The notes under the pieces were generated by a model. That model saw only the letters and a list, made by a program, of their open reading frames with translations. It did not search any database and was not told the origin of the DNA. 64,000 nucleotides of DNA from Clostridiales bacterium (lineage in GTDB: Bacteria > Bacillota > Clostridia > Peptostreptococcales > Anaerovoracaceae). Of the stretch, positions 35,507 to 45,772 are shown piece after piece. The translations under genes were made by a program, and so were the position numbers. The stretch's first letter is position 1, and each line of letters starts with the position of its first letter. Location of the stretch: the NCBI GenBank assembly GCA_015058205.1, contig SVCS01000002.1, forward strand, positions 6,396-70,395. Direction: 5' to 3'.

Positions 35507-36079
35507 ATGAAAAATATTTTAACAATTCTAGTTACAGTAATGATGGGCGCAGCATTTATTTACGTGCCGGCGGTTTCCTTCGCTGCAGAGCAGACGATAG
35601 AGCCGGAGACACAGCAGGAGTTGACTGTTGAGCAGATTCAGCGCAATCAGGTAGTGGAAACAGCAAAGTCCCAGGTGGGATATCTGAAGGGTGAAGGAGA
35701 CGATAAGTACACACTGGAAGCAAGGGCACTTGGACATAGCGCCACCCAGGGCTGGTGCGGTCGTTTCGTATGGTGGTGTTTCTATACGACCGATAATGCA
35801 TCCGCATATTACGACGGTATGTTTACCGGATCACCAAGAAAACTGATAGACTGGGCGTCAGAGAATGATTTGCTGATTGATAAGAGTCAGGCGCAGCCAG
35901 GGGATATCCTGATCAAGATGTATGAAGAGAATTCACCGCATGCTGGAATCATCGAGTCCATTGACAGCGATGGAACGATCCATACAATAGAGAGAAATCA
36001 CTACAAGTGTGAAGATGGTGTGTATCAGTTCACAAGACCGGCTGCTGACTATTTCATCAGACCGCAGTATGGGATGTGA
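35507..36079 (+). CDS. Secreted CHAP domain protein (amidase/peptidase)
   Basis: Signal peptide, then QGWCGRFVWWCFY (Cys) ... PGDILIKMYEENSPHAGIIESIDSDGTIHTIERNH (His). Confidence 0.7.
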   Translation: MKNILTILVTVMMGAAFIYVPAVSFAAEQTIEPETQQELTVEQIQRNQVVETAKSQVGYLKGEGDDKYTLEARALGHSATQGWCGRFVWWCFYTTDNASAYYDGMFTGSPRKLIDWASENDLLIDKSQAQPGDILIKMYEENSPHAGIIESIDSDGTIHTIERNHYKCEDGVYQFTRPAADYFIRPQYGM

Positions 36080-36124
36080 TGCAAACGTAACACGCATTAT
36101 TTATGCATTTTTAAGAAGAAACAG

Positions 36125-36159
36125 AGAGCGGCCGAAGGTTGAATGAAGCCGCTCTTTTT
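36125..36159 (+). terminator. Rho-independent terminator
   Basis: AGAGCGGC (36125-36132), a 15-nt loop, GCCGCTCT (36148-36155), then TTTT. Confidence 0.7.
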
Positions 36160-36167
36160 GGTATAAT
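36139..36167 (+). promoter_or_regulatory. Extended -10 promoter nested in the terminator
   Basis: TTGAAT (36139-36144, in the hairpin loop), a 17-nt spacer, then TGGTATAAT (36159-36167). Confidence 0.6.
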
Positions 36168-36236
36168 TTATTCTGTATAGACATGTGCAGAAACAGGTTA
36201 ATACAGCATGAAAACATAGATCGGGAGACAGTTAAA

Positions 36237-37385
36237 ATGATTAAGGAAAAGTTCGAAAACAAGGTATGGCTGGCGAGCCCGTACATCCATGAAGAAGAAC
36301 GGAAATACGTCAAGGAAGCGTTCGATACTAACTGGATGTCTACAGTAGGCGCCAACATCAACGAACTTGAAAAGAATATATGTGATTATACTGGATGCGG
36401 CAATGCACTTGCCCTCAGTTCGGGAACAGCAGCGCTGCATCTGGCCGTCAAAATGGCAGGTGTGGAGCAGGGCGATATCGTGCTGTGCACAGATATGACT
36501 TTCTCAGCCACGGTCAATCCGGTCGTCTATGAGAAGGCAGTGCCGGTATTCATCGATTCCGAGCGGGAAACCTGGAATATGGATCCTAAGGCGCTGGAGA
36601 AAGCGCTGATCAAATACAAAGGCAAAGTCAAGGCAGTTATCGTCGCAGAGCTTTACGGAACACCGGCCAAGAATGATGAGATCGAGAACCTCTGCAAACA
36701 GTCTGGAGTACCTCTGATCGAGGACGCCGCAGAGAGTCTGGGAGCTTTATACAAAGGTCGCAAGGCGGGCGCGCTTGGCGACATCAACGTCATCAGTTTC
36801 AACGGAAACAAGATCATCACCGGGACGTCCGGAGGGATGCTCCTCTCAAAGGATAAATCGCTGATTGATCATGCGCGCAAGCTCTCGACACAGGCTAGAG
36901 ACGATGCTCCGTGGTATCAGCATTCTGAGATCGGATACAATTATCGCATGAGCAACCTCATCGCGGGCGTCGCTAGAGGACAACTGGAGCATCTCGAGGA
37001 GCATCTTGCAGGGAAGAAGGCAATCTGGGAGAGATACGCTGCAGGATTTGAAGGTCTCCCCGTTCAGATGAATTCTTGGGAAGAATGGGCGGAGCCGAAT
37101 TACTGGCTGAGCTGCTTCATCATAGACGAGAATGCCTTTGCTGCAGGGTTCACTCCTGAGAAGATCAGAACAACGCTTCTTGAATACAATGCCGAATCCC
37201 GGCCGATCTGGAAGCCGATGCATATGCAGCCTGTATTCGCGGACTGTGACTATATCCAGACCGGGGAAGAGAACATTTGTGAAGATATTTTCAGGAGAGG
37301 GCTGTGCCTGCCAAGTGATTTGAACATGACAGCAGAACAGCAGGATACGATTATTGAGATCGTGAAAAGCTTATATAATGCATAA
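36237..37385 (+). CDS. DegT/DnrJ/EryC1/StrS family (PglE-like) sugar aminotransferase
   Basis: LSSGTAALHLA, FSATVNPV, EDAAESLGA and SFNGNKIITGTSGGM (PLP Lys). ATG 36237 is preferred because GGGAGA lies upstream. Confidence 0.85.
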   Translation: MIKEKFENKVWLASPYIHEEERKYVKEAFDTNWMSTVGANINELEKNICDYTGCGNALALSSGTAALHLAVKMAGVEQGDIVLCTDMTFSATVNPVVYEKAVPVFIDSERETWNMDPKALEKALIKYKGKVKAVIVAELYGTPAKNDEIENLCKQSGVPLIEDAAESLGALYKGRKAGALGDINVISFNGNKIITGTSGGMLLSKDKSLIDHARKLSTQARDDAPWYQHSEIGYNYRMSNLIAGVARGQLEHLEEHLAGKKAIWERYAAGFEGLPVQMNSWEEWAEPNYWLSCFIIDENAFAAGFTPEKIRTTLLEYNAESRPIWKPMHMQPVFADCDYIQTGEENICEDIFRRGLCLPSDLNMTAEQQDTIIEIVKSLYNA

Positions 37386-37400
37386 GAGAAGGTGTTCTCT

Positions 37401-40400
37401 ATGGAAGTGTTAATTGAAAAAAGCACGAAAATAATTGATCCTTTATCAGCAAGAGTTGATGTTGATTATGGCGTTCTTACTCTCAATTTTGAAGAAGGCC
37501 ATGGATTTGTATTGTCAAAAATTCTGGTGATTGCTAGAAAAGAAGCAATCATCTGGGGCCGTGATCTCTCTGATGAAGAGAAGAAAAGTTTTCAGATCAG
37601 AGAGAATTTCGATACACTGATATATGACAGCCGCAGCAGACTGGACTACAATTACACTGTTGCGGTGGAGATGGTCTTTGAGAATGGACAGAAAGCGATT
37701 GCTTTTATTGTGGACAGACGAAGAGCGAAAGGATCAGGTATCAGGAAGAACGGCTCTTTTGACAGACGAAAGACGGTATGTGACCCAATCATAAAGAAAA
37801 ACGTCATGAGATTGGATGGAGAAACCTTCGATGAGCTTGCTGTGATGCTTTTTAATGCAGGTTCCAACGGCGAGCTGCTGTTACGCACGGCGGTGCCGGA
37901 GCAGATGTCGGACAGTATTCTCAGAGGAAATACAAAGCAAATCAGTTTTTCTGGGGGCACCATCAGATTGGAATTAGAGATTCCTGTTTTGGAGGAAGAG
38001 GTGACAAACGTACTGTTCTGCTGTGTAAAAGATGATATCCGTTATAACATGAAGTACGATATAAATAAGCAGCAGTCACAGTGGATCATCAATGCATCGA
38101 TTGATTTGAATCAGGTTGAACTCAGTCGTCCGTTCTGGGTTGTTTTTGCTGAAACAAAACTGAAAGGATACAATGTTTTGGTTCCGTTCTCCATCAGCCC
38201 GAAACTCTACAGAAAGCTGCGTTTGTTCGCACCGCACGGTATGCTGAAAAACGGAAACATCTTCTGTACGAAACCTACAAAAAAGAAGACGCTGCAGTTT
38301 CTTGTCAGGGAAAGAATCAAATATGATTCCTATGTGACGAAAGTCAAAGAAGCCATTGCAATCGCAATGTATCTCTTTACGAGAAAGAAAAACAGAAAGA
38401 ATCAAACTTGGCTGATATTCGAGAAATTCTGCAGTATGGCACAGGATAACGGATTTGCATTTTTCCGTTACTGCATGGACAACCTTTTGCCTTCAGAGAA
38501 AAAACATATCTACTATATCATCGACAAAGACTCATCAGCATATGGCAAAGTGAAGAAATATGGCAGGAACGCCGTTAGATTCATGAGTATCAGGCACATG
38601 TATCTGTGCCTTTGCGCAAAGATGTACGTGGCGTCAGAGTCGAGCAGACATTTGTATCTATGGAGGGGTAAACCGAGTATTATTGAAAACAAAATCAAGG
38701 ATAAACCAGTATTCTTCCTGCAGCATGGAGTCACAGCTTTCAAGCGCGTTGATAAGATATTCGGAAAGAGTGGAACAGATCCAATGACATATTTTGTTGC
38801 TACGTCAAAGCAGGAGCAGGATATTGTTGTGAACAACTTCGGTTACAAGCGTGAGAATGTGCCGATTCTCGGGTTCACAAGATGGGATCTTCTCGAGGAC
38901 AAGTCAGAATATGAAGACAACACGATTCTTGTAATGCCAACCTGGAGAAACTGGCTGCAGGACATGGATACAGAAGAGTTCCGTGAAAGCGATTATTTCA
39001 GACATTATTCGTCGCTGCTTGAAAACAGCAGACTGGATGAGGTCATGGGAGATCATAATACGAAGATGGTTTTCTATATCCACCCTAAATTTCAGGAATA
39101 TGCTCAGGATTTCGCAGCTGACAATGATCGTGTCAGCGTGATTCTGTTCGGCCAACAGCCTTTGAACGAACTCATGATGAAGTGCAAACTGCTGATTACA
39201 GACTATTCAAGCGTGGCCTGGGATTTCTATTACATGGGAAAGCCGGTCGTGTTTTATCAGTTTGATTACGATAAATACATCATGAATCACAGCAGTTATA
39301 TCGACATGACGAAGCAGTTGTTTGGAGACCGTGTAACGGATCATGATGGAATTGTGGATTGCATTTGTTCCTATATTGGATCGGATTTCCGCGAGAAACC
39401 TAAATTCGGGGATATGCGACCGGAAATGTTCCAGTACATGGATAGGAATAACTGTAAGCGCACCTATGATTACATAAAGAATCTAAACAATAAGAAGAAT
39501 AAATCCCATAATATCAATTCATATATGGATCATTATTGCAATGATCCGATTGACGAGGATCTGATTCTGCTGGAATCCCAGAACGGGAAGAAAATTGACG
39601 GGAGCATCTACTACCTTTTGCAGGAACTGCTTGCTGACAAAAGATACGACAATTTCAAGTTATACCTTTCAGCAGAGGGTGAAGCCGTGAGGGAACAGAC
39701 AATCAGCAAGATGGGGCAGAATGAGAAAGTCCATGTCGTATTGACAGAGTCTTCAGAGTACTACCGTGTTCTGGCAACTGCTAAATACCTAATCAATGAT
39801 GCGACGTTTCGGAATACGTTCATCAAAAGAGACGGGCAGAAATATCTGAACCTATGGCACGGCACACCGCTGAAGAACATGGGCAGGAAAGCAGAGAGCG
39901 ACCCAGATGAATCGGGAAACGTGACAAAGAATTTCATCTGCGCAGACTACCTTCTCTATCCAAATGAGTACACAAGACAGCATATGGTCGAAGATTACAT
40001 GATTGAGAATCTGAGCAACGCGATGATTCTATATTGTGGATATCCGCGAAATGTCGCATTCTTCAATGATGAAGCAGCAAGGGAAATCCGGGCAAACGAA
40101 GAATTAACAGACAAGAAGGTATATGTATATATGCCAACCTGGAGAAAAAACGCGGGAGATGCGTTTCAGGATCTGCTCACAGAAATTGATCAGAAGCTGT
40201 CTGAACAGGAAGTCATCTATGCAAAGATGCACCCGCTGGCAGACAGCGCTGTAAACTACGCGACCCTGAAACACATCAGAAGATTCCCTGACAGATACGA
40301 AACTTATGAATTTTTGAATGCGGCGGACTGTCTCATCACTGATTATTCAAGTGTTATGTTCGACTTTGCGGTTACAGGACGCAGAACAGTGCTCTTCACC

Positions 40401-41168
40401 TTTGATGAAGAGGAGTACTGCAAGGAAAGAGGAATGTACCTTTCGTTGGATGAACTGCCATTTGAACAAGCTGATAATGCGGATGATTTGCTCGCACTGC
40501 TTCGTAGTGATTACTCTGGAGATACTCTGACGCGGTTCAAGGAGCAATACTGCGCTTACGACAGTGGTGATGCTGCGAAGAAACTTTTGGAGAGATTCTT
40601 GTTCGACAATACACAGGGCATAAAAGAAGACCAACTCCGCAGCAATGGAAAGAAAAATGTGTTTGTCTTTGCCGGAGATGTGAGTGATCCGACGATTGAG
40701 GCAAATGTTATGCCGTTTCTTGCATCCATTGATCAGACAGAGAATAATATCTTCCTCACTTATAAAAGAAAAGATGTGATCCGCAAAGCCAGCGTCCTTC
40801 ACAGGCTACCAGAAGGTGTTTCCCACTTTGGAATGCCTGGAGCAATGGATCTGACACAGCAACAAAGAACAGCCAAGAAGAAGTATGAGAAGGGCGAATT
40901 ATCCTTTGAAAGATTCTGGCAAATAAGCCGGGATGCATATGAAGAGGAGAGAAAGCGGAATTATGGCACAGCAAGGATTGATGAAATCGTTATATTTGAT
41001 AATTTAGATGAAAAGATACTGCTGGAGTACTCATTGATTGATTGCAAAAGAAGTTTGATGATTAGTAAAGAAAAGTATCAATTGTATAAAACGTTTGATC
41101 CTGCGTTAAAGGAGTACATCCAGTCACGATTTGATTTAAGAAGTATTTCTATAAACAGAGATAAATAA
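37401..41168 (+). CDS. Giant protein: ~330-aa unknown N-terminal region plus two tandem TagF-type CDP-alcohol phosphotransferase domains
   Basis: Domain 1 has VMPTWRNW and LITDYSSVAWDFYYMGKPVVFYQFDYDKY. Domain 2 has VYMPTWRKN and LITDYSSVMFDFAVTGRRTVLFTFDEEEY. ATG 37401 lies 8 nt after GAGAAGG; the track start is GTG 37392. Confidence 0.75.
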   Translation: MEVLIEKSTKIIDPLSARVDVDYGVLTLNFEEGHGFVLSKILVIARKEAIIWGRDLSDEEKKSFQIRENFDTLIYDSRSRLDYNYTVAVEMVFENGQKAIAFIVDRRRAKGSGIRKNGSFDRRKTVCDPIIKKNVMRLDGETFDELAVMLFNAGSNGELLLRTAVPEQMSDSILRGNTKQISFSGGTIRLELEIPVLEEEVTNVLFCCVKDDIRYNMKYDINKQQSQWIINASIDLNQVELSRPFWVVFAETKLKGYNVLVPFSISPKLYRKLRLFAPHGMLKNGNIFCTKPTKKKTLQFLVRERIKYDSYVTKVKEAIAIAMYLFTRKKNRKNQTWLIFEKFCSMAQDNGFAFFRYCMDNLLPSEKKHIYYIIDKDSSAYGKVKKYGRNAVRFMSIRHMYLCLCAKMYVASESSRHLYLWRGKPSIIENKIKDKPVFFLQHGVTAFKRVDKIFGKSGTDPMTYFVATSKQEQDIVVNNFGYKRENVPILGFTRWDLLEDKSEYEDNTILVMPTWRNWLQDMDTEEFRESDYFRHYSSLLENSRLDEVMGDHNTKMVFYIHPKFQEYAQDFAADNDRVSVILFGQQPLNELMMKCKLLITDYSSVAWDFYYMGKPVVFYQFDYDKYIMNHSSYIDMTKQLFGDRVTDHDGIVDCICSYIGSDFREKPKFGDMRPEMFQYMDRNNCKRTYDYIKNLNNKKNKSHNINSYMDHYCNDPIDEDLILLESQNGKKIDGSIYYLLQELLADKRYDNFKLYLSAEGEAVREQTISKMGQNEKVHVVLTESSEYYRVLATAKYLINDATFRNTFIKRDGQKYLNLWHGTPLKNMGRKAESDPDESGNVTKNFICADYLLYPNEYTRQHMVEDYMIENLSNAMILYCGYPRNVAFFNDEAAREIRANEELTDKKVYVYMPTWRKNAGDAFQDLLTEIDQKLSEQEVIYAKMHPLADSAVNYATLKHIRRFPDRYETYEFLNAADCLITDYSSVMFDFAVTGRRTVLFTFDEEEYCKERGMYLSLDELPFEQADNADDLLALLRSDYSGDTLTRFKEQYCAYDSGDAAKKLLERFLFDNTQGIKEDQLRSNGKKNVFVFAGDVSDPTIEANVMPFLASIDQTENNIFLTYKRKDVIRKASVLHRLPEGVSHFGMPGAMDLTQQQRTAKKKYEKGELSFERFWQISRDAYEEERKRNYGTARIDEIVIFDNLDEKILLEYSLIDCKRSLMISKEKYQLYKTFDPALKEYIQSRFDLRSISINRDK

Positions 41169-41222
41169 TAAACAATATTAGAATAGTACCGATGATTAAT
41201 ACTTTGTTAAGGAGATAGTAAT

Positions 41223-44200
41223 ATGCAGGTGAAGAAAAAAATAGTGTTGATTCCATCCGCATACAATCACAAGGCAATGGGAGACATTGAAAATTTCATA
41301 AAGTATTACAAAGATCCATTTGATGTTTATGTAATAACCGATGTTGAATACCCTGGAGGCGAAGAACTCAAAGATGGTGTTCTTTATGTCAACAAAAAAG
41401 AGAAAAAAGCAAAATACCTTGTTGCGACCGCTGATTATATTATTGATGCGGGTACTGTAGGAGGAAGGACTAAGATTTCTGCATCTCAAAAGCGAATCAG
41501 TGTTTGGCATGGGATTCCGTACAAAAAAATGTTCTCTGAGCTTGATAAGAAATATATACCTGACGCAATTGATTACGCTGAAGGATACGATCTTATGGTT
41601 TCACCATCAGAATGGTATACAAAAAAATTTTTGCAACAGTCAATGCTCTATGGAGGCAAGGTTCTTGAAACCGCAGTTTCCAGAACGGATTCCTTGTTTA
41701 TTGACGATGAACAGAAGATGCAAATAAAAAACAGCTTAGGTATTCCAGAAGGGAAGAAAGTGCTGCTATATGCACCTACTTTTAGGCAACCAGGAGCCAT
41801 AGACTTACCATTCTCAGCTGATAAGTTGCAGACTGTAATGGGTGACAATTGGGTTATTGTTGTTAAACTTCACTACTTAAATACATTGACAAAAGAAAAA
41901 GGTGTTATTGATGCGACCTCTTACGCATCAGTAAACAATCTATTAGCTATAGCGGACTTATTAGTGACTGATTATTCAAGCCTTTTGTTTGATTATTCAA
42001 TTCTTAGAAAGCCAGCGCTTTTGTATCAGTATGATCGGAAGGAGTATGAGTCAGAAAGGTCTTTCATGTTTAACATGGAAGAATATGTTGATAATAAATA
42101 CATTGTCTTCAATGAGCAGGATTTATATAAGCAGTTACTTAGCATCGATTTAGTTGAAGCAAATCTTGAGAAAGTTAGAACTGGGTTTTATCCACATCAG
42201 AAGCACAATTCAACAGAAGAACTAGTCAAACAGTTATCGCTTGATTCCACAAACAGAAAAATGAAAGAAGTATTTTTTCTGGTTAATGAGCTCAATCAAA
42301 TCGGTGGAGTACACACTTTCATAACGAATCTTGCAAGAGAGTTTAAAACAAAATACGACGCAAAAGTATTTGTAATTGGAACAAAAGAGTTTGACCGCAA
42401 TAAAGATAAGTTGTTCTTATTTGATAAAGATAATCTGTTTGATATTAAATTAAGTGTAGAAAACAACAAAAAGGCTGTTAGGAATATTTTAAAGAGTACT
42501 GACGGTTATATTATTTCATGTCAGTTAGGAGCACATAAATCTGTTCAGAAGTATTTAAAGGACAAGAAAGCAGTCCTCATGTTTCATGGGGATGCACAGG
42601 ATGTAGTTGATCGCAATATATACAGGGGTCATTTGGATGAATATAATGACGGCATTGCAAAAAATTACAAAAGGCTTATTTTCCTGACAAAAGGAAATAG
42701 TGAAGTAATAAAAGATCACTTAAAAGATGAGGTGCGCGCAAAGACAATCCATATCGAAAATGGTATGGACTTTAGTGACAGAAAGAGTTTGTATAAAGAA
42801 AGTGGAGATTTTGTATTAGTATCTCGTTTGGATCCGGATAAAAATCCAATGGAAGCGATAGATATTTTTTCTGATTCGAATCTTCATCCGGAAAGAAGGC
42901 TGCATATTTATGGTGATGGTTCATTACGTCAGGAAATGGAGAGAAAAGTTAAAGAAAATAACCTGTCCGATCGTATTATTTTCCATGGGTATGTTGAAAA
43001 TAAAGAAGAAATATATAAGGACAAACAGGGACTTATATCCATCAGCTTAACAGAGGGATTACCATTGACTGTTTTAGAAGCAGTAAAGTATGGAATACCA
43101 GTATACTCCTATGATTCTTTTACGTCTTGTGGGGATTTAGTTACTGAGAAAACAGGAATAAGGGTAAAAGCAGGAGATAAAAAAGCTTTTGTAAGTGCAC
43201 TAAATAATACGTTTGATTATAGTGGGTTTGACGGTGATGAACTAATTAGTACATTTTCAAATGATAATGTGACCCAAAAGTGGGAAGAACTGTTTGAAGA
43301 ATTGGATAAGGAAGTCAATGACTCAAGAAGCAAAAGGAGTCAAAATAGCAAGAATAAGAAGAATAAGAAGAATAAGATAAATGTGTCTTCGATCAAGAGG
43401 GTAATACGTAACAGCATTTTATTTGAAAACAATGAATTATATCCAGAAATAGCTGTAAAAATTAAGGAAATGCGTAATTCTGACAAGGCAATTAAGAAGC
43501 CTCTTGTTTCCATTATTATGCCTTTTTATAACAACAATGAGACCATATATCGCGCGGTGAGGTCTGTCAAAAACAATGGGTATGACAATTATGAAATAAT
43601 ACTAGTAAATGATGGGTCAGAAGAGGATCCTAGACCTCTTCTGAAGAGATTCAAAAAAATACAATACTATTATAAAGAGAATGGTGGACTAAGCAGCACA
43701 CGTAATTATGCTATGGATAAAGCAAGAGGAAAATATGTCATCTTTCTGGATTCGGATGACATACTATATCCTGGCGGTTTGAATAAAATGGTAATGTATG
43801 CAGAAAAGAACAAATTAGATATGGTTTCCGGCCTTACAGTTCGCCAGTATGTAAATCAAAAGGAAATAGAGTATTGGTATAAAGGCATCTATAAAAAAAC
43901 ATGCATCAATAGAAAAATAGACCGTTATAAGATAATAAAAGACACGATAGCTACTGGCAAACTATATAATCTTGATATGTTGAAAACAAATGACATCAGA
44001 TTTAAGGATGGATTATATGAGGATGTCCTGTTTACGGGTCAACTATATGCGCTTTTAGATAAAATCGGAATTGTAAAGAATGTATCTCAAAAGTGGATGG
44101 TTTATGGAACGGGTACATCCATCACAACCAGACACTCTATAAAGAATATCAGGGCCCGTTTGGATAATGTAGACACCATATATAGGTTACAATCTGATGT

Positions 44201-44474
44201 GATGAAGGCGTATTATACAGAGAACTATATCAATCATCATATGTTGGCTTGCATATATGGTTACAACAATTTATTAGAAAGTGAGAAGAAAGAAGTCTTT
44301 GAATTATTACGTCAAGGAATTACGAAGAGGGCGGACTATATAGTAGATAAGCTGATTTTACGCCCTAGTGTTAAGGAATTGTACAAATCTCTCCTAGATA
44401 ATGATTATGATCGTTTTTCTGTCATATGTGAGGGATTCTCTGCGTGGTATTATGATTTTCATAATGATATGTGA
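41223..44474 (+). CDS. Tri-domain enzyme: TagF-type phosphotransferase + GT4 + GT2 glycosyltransferase
   Basis: The TagF part has VLLYAPTFRQ and LVTDYSSLLFDYSILRKPALLYQYDRKEY. The GT4 part has SLTEGLPLTVLEAVKYGIPVYSYD. A Lys/Asn-rich linker (KNKKNKKNK) follows. The GT2 part has VSIIMPFYNNNETIYRAVRSV...EIILVNDGSEE...FLDSDD. Confidence 0.75.
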   Translation: MQVKKKIVLIPSAYNHKAMGDIENFIKYYKDPFDVYVITDVEYPGGEELKDGVLYVNKKEKKAKYLVATADYIIDAGTVGGRTKISASQKRISVWHGIPYKKMFSELDKKYIPDAIDYAEGYDLMVSPSEWYTKKFLQQSMLYGGKVLETAVSRTDSLFIDDEQKMQIKNSLGIPEGKKVLLYAPTFRQPGAIDLPFSADKLQTVMGDNWVIVVKLHYLNTLTKEKGVIDATSYASVNNLLAIADLLVTDYSSLLFDYSILRKPALLYQYDRKEYESERSFMFNMEEYVDNKYIVFNEQDLYKQLLSIDLVEANLEKVRTGFYPHQKHNSTEELVKQLSLDSTNRKMKEVFFLVNELNQIGGVHTFITNLAREFKTKYDAKVFVIGTKEFDRNKDKLFLFDKDNLFDIKLSVENNKKAVRNILKSTDGYIISCQLGAHKSVQKYLKDKKAVLMFHGDAQDVVDRNIYRGHLDEYNDGIAKNYKRLIFLTKGNSEVIKDHLKDEVRAKTIHIENGMDFSDRKSLYKESGDFVLVSRLDPDKNPMEAIDIFSDSNLHPERRLHIYGDGSLRQEMERKVKENNLSDRIIFHGYVENKEEIYKDKQGLISISLTEGLPLTVLEAVKYGIPVYSYDSFTSCGDLVTEKTGIRVKAGDKKAFVSALNNTFDYSGFDGDELISTFSNDNVTQKWEELFEELDKEVNDSRSKRSQNSKNKKNKKNKINVSSIKRVIRNSILFENNELYPEIAVKIKEMRNSDKAIKKPLVSIIMPFYNNNETIYRAVRSVKNNGYDNYEIILVNDGSEEDPRPLLKRFKKIQYYYKENGGLSSTRNYAMDKARGKYVIFLDSDDILYPGGLNKMVMYAEKNKLDMVSGLTVRQYVNQKEIEYWYKGIYKKTCINRKIDRYKIIKDTIATGKLYNLDMLKTNDIRFKDGLYEDVLFTGQLYALLDKIGIVKNVSQKWMVYGTGTSITTRHSIKNIRARLDNVDTIYRLQSDVMKAYYTENYINHHMLACIYGYNNLLESEKKEVFELLRQGITKRADYIVDKLILRPSVKELYKSLLDNDYDRFSVICEGFSAWYYDFHNDM

Positions 44475-44559
44475 GATGGGATACTGATAGGTGAGTGAAC
44501 GCTTAATAATGGCAGCAGATGCTTGCAATAGTACTGACAATGAAAAGGTGAAGTGACGT

Positions 44560-45711
44560 ATGTCTGATCATAAAGCAAAAAATAAAATAATCGATTTTTT
44601 ATCATTTGAAAGAGTTGAGCCCATGTTTAGCGGGGGCGGCAGAGATTGGTCTGTTGATGTGCTAAGATGTTTGTCGTGTTTTATGGTGTGTGCAATACAT
44701 GCAACAAGAATGTCTGTGGATAACGGAATTAGTGATATGGGATCCAATCCATGGCTTCACAATGAAATCTACAGCACAATTGTAGCTTCACCTACGGTAT
44801 TGTTTGTCATGGTTAGTGGTATTTTTTTCCTTTCGCCTGAAAGAAATGTCAGAGCCAGCAAAATATGGAGAAAAAATGTCATCAAGATGGCTTTTGCATA
44901 CATTTTCTGGTGTCTGATATATGCATTGCATAGAATCTATATTATGGACCCTATGCCTGATATAACATTTGATTTTTTTATTCGTCAGTGGATGGTTCAG
45001 CCAACACATTTGTGGTATATTCCAATGATTATTGGGCTATATATTATCAGCCCAATAATCAGGCCAATAACTGCTACAGGAGATACAAAACTATTCAGGT
45101 ATACGGTTTTAATATTTATCGGTGGCCTAATTCTTTGGACGATATATGTTTGGCCGACTCATGTTGAAGGTACTTATTCGAATATCATTATTGGCAAAAC
45201 CCCGATGAATCTGCTGTGTCAATACCCGTTTTGGATGATTTATGGGTGGATAGCATATACATATAGACCCAAAAAAGCTTTCAGATATTTGATTTATGGA
45301 TTTGGAATCATTGCAATATTAATTGGAATATATGCTAATTATTATATGTGGAGCACTACTGGGAATACATCTTTCACAGCAACAACACAACAGTATAGCA
45401 TTGTTTCATTTGTGAAAAACACAGCGATTTTCTACTTTGTAGTTACGACGTTTAGAGATCATGAGTTCTCACGATTTGGCAAGTTCTTTTTAAGAAAGTG
45501 GTCTGATTACACGCTAATAATATATCTGGTTCATTTTTTAATACTAGTGATAATGTTTCAGAATAACTTTCTATATGGTGATGGGGTTTCACCTTGGATT
45601 GGAGTCTGGCTTTATGCGTTGATTGCATATGTAGGAGGTGGCATTTTAGCATTATTATTCCATTTGATTTGGGATCCTATTAAAAAAGTACTATTTACGA
45701 AAAAATCGTAA
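44560..45711 (+). CDS. Acyltransferase family 3 membrane protein (O-acetyltransferase type)
   Basis: VDVLRCLSCFMVCAIHA at the N-terminus and about 10 TM segments. Confidence 0.7.
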   Translation: MSDHKAKNKIIDFLSFERVEPMFSGGGRDWSVDVLRCLSCFMVCAIHATRMSVDNGISDMGSNPWLHNEIYSTIVASPTVLFVMVSGIFFLSPERNVRASKIWRKNVIKMAFAYIFWCLIYALHRIYIMDPMPDITFDFFIRQWMVQPTHLWYIPMIIGLYIISPIIRPITATGDTKLFRYTVLIFIGGLILWTIYVWPTHVEGTYSNIIIGKTPMNLLCQYPFWMIYGWIAYTYRPKKAFRYLIYGFGIIAILIGIYANYYMWSTTGNTSFTATTQQYSIVSFVKNTAIFYFVVTTFRDHEFSRFGKFFLRKWSDYTLIIYLVHFLILVIMFQNNFLYGDGVSPWIGVWLYALIAYVGGGILALLFHLIWDPIKKVLFTKKS

Positions 45712-45772
45712 GTGTATTTGTTATATTAATTCTTATTTGATGGTTGTAGGTAGAAAGAAACTGTGAAATAAC

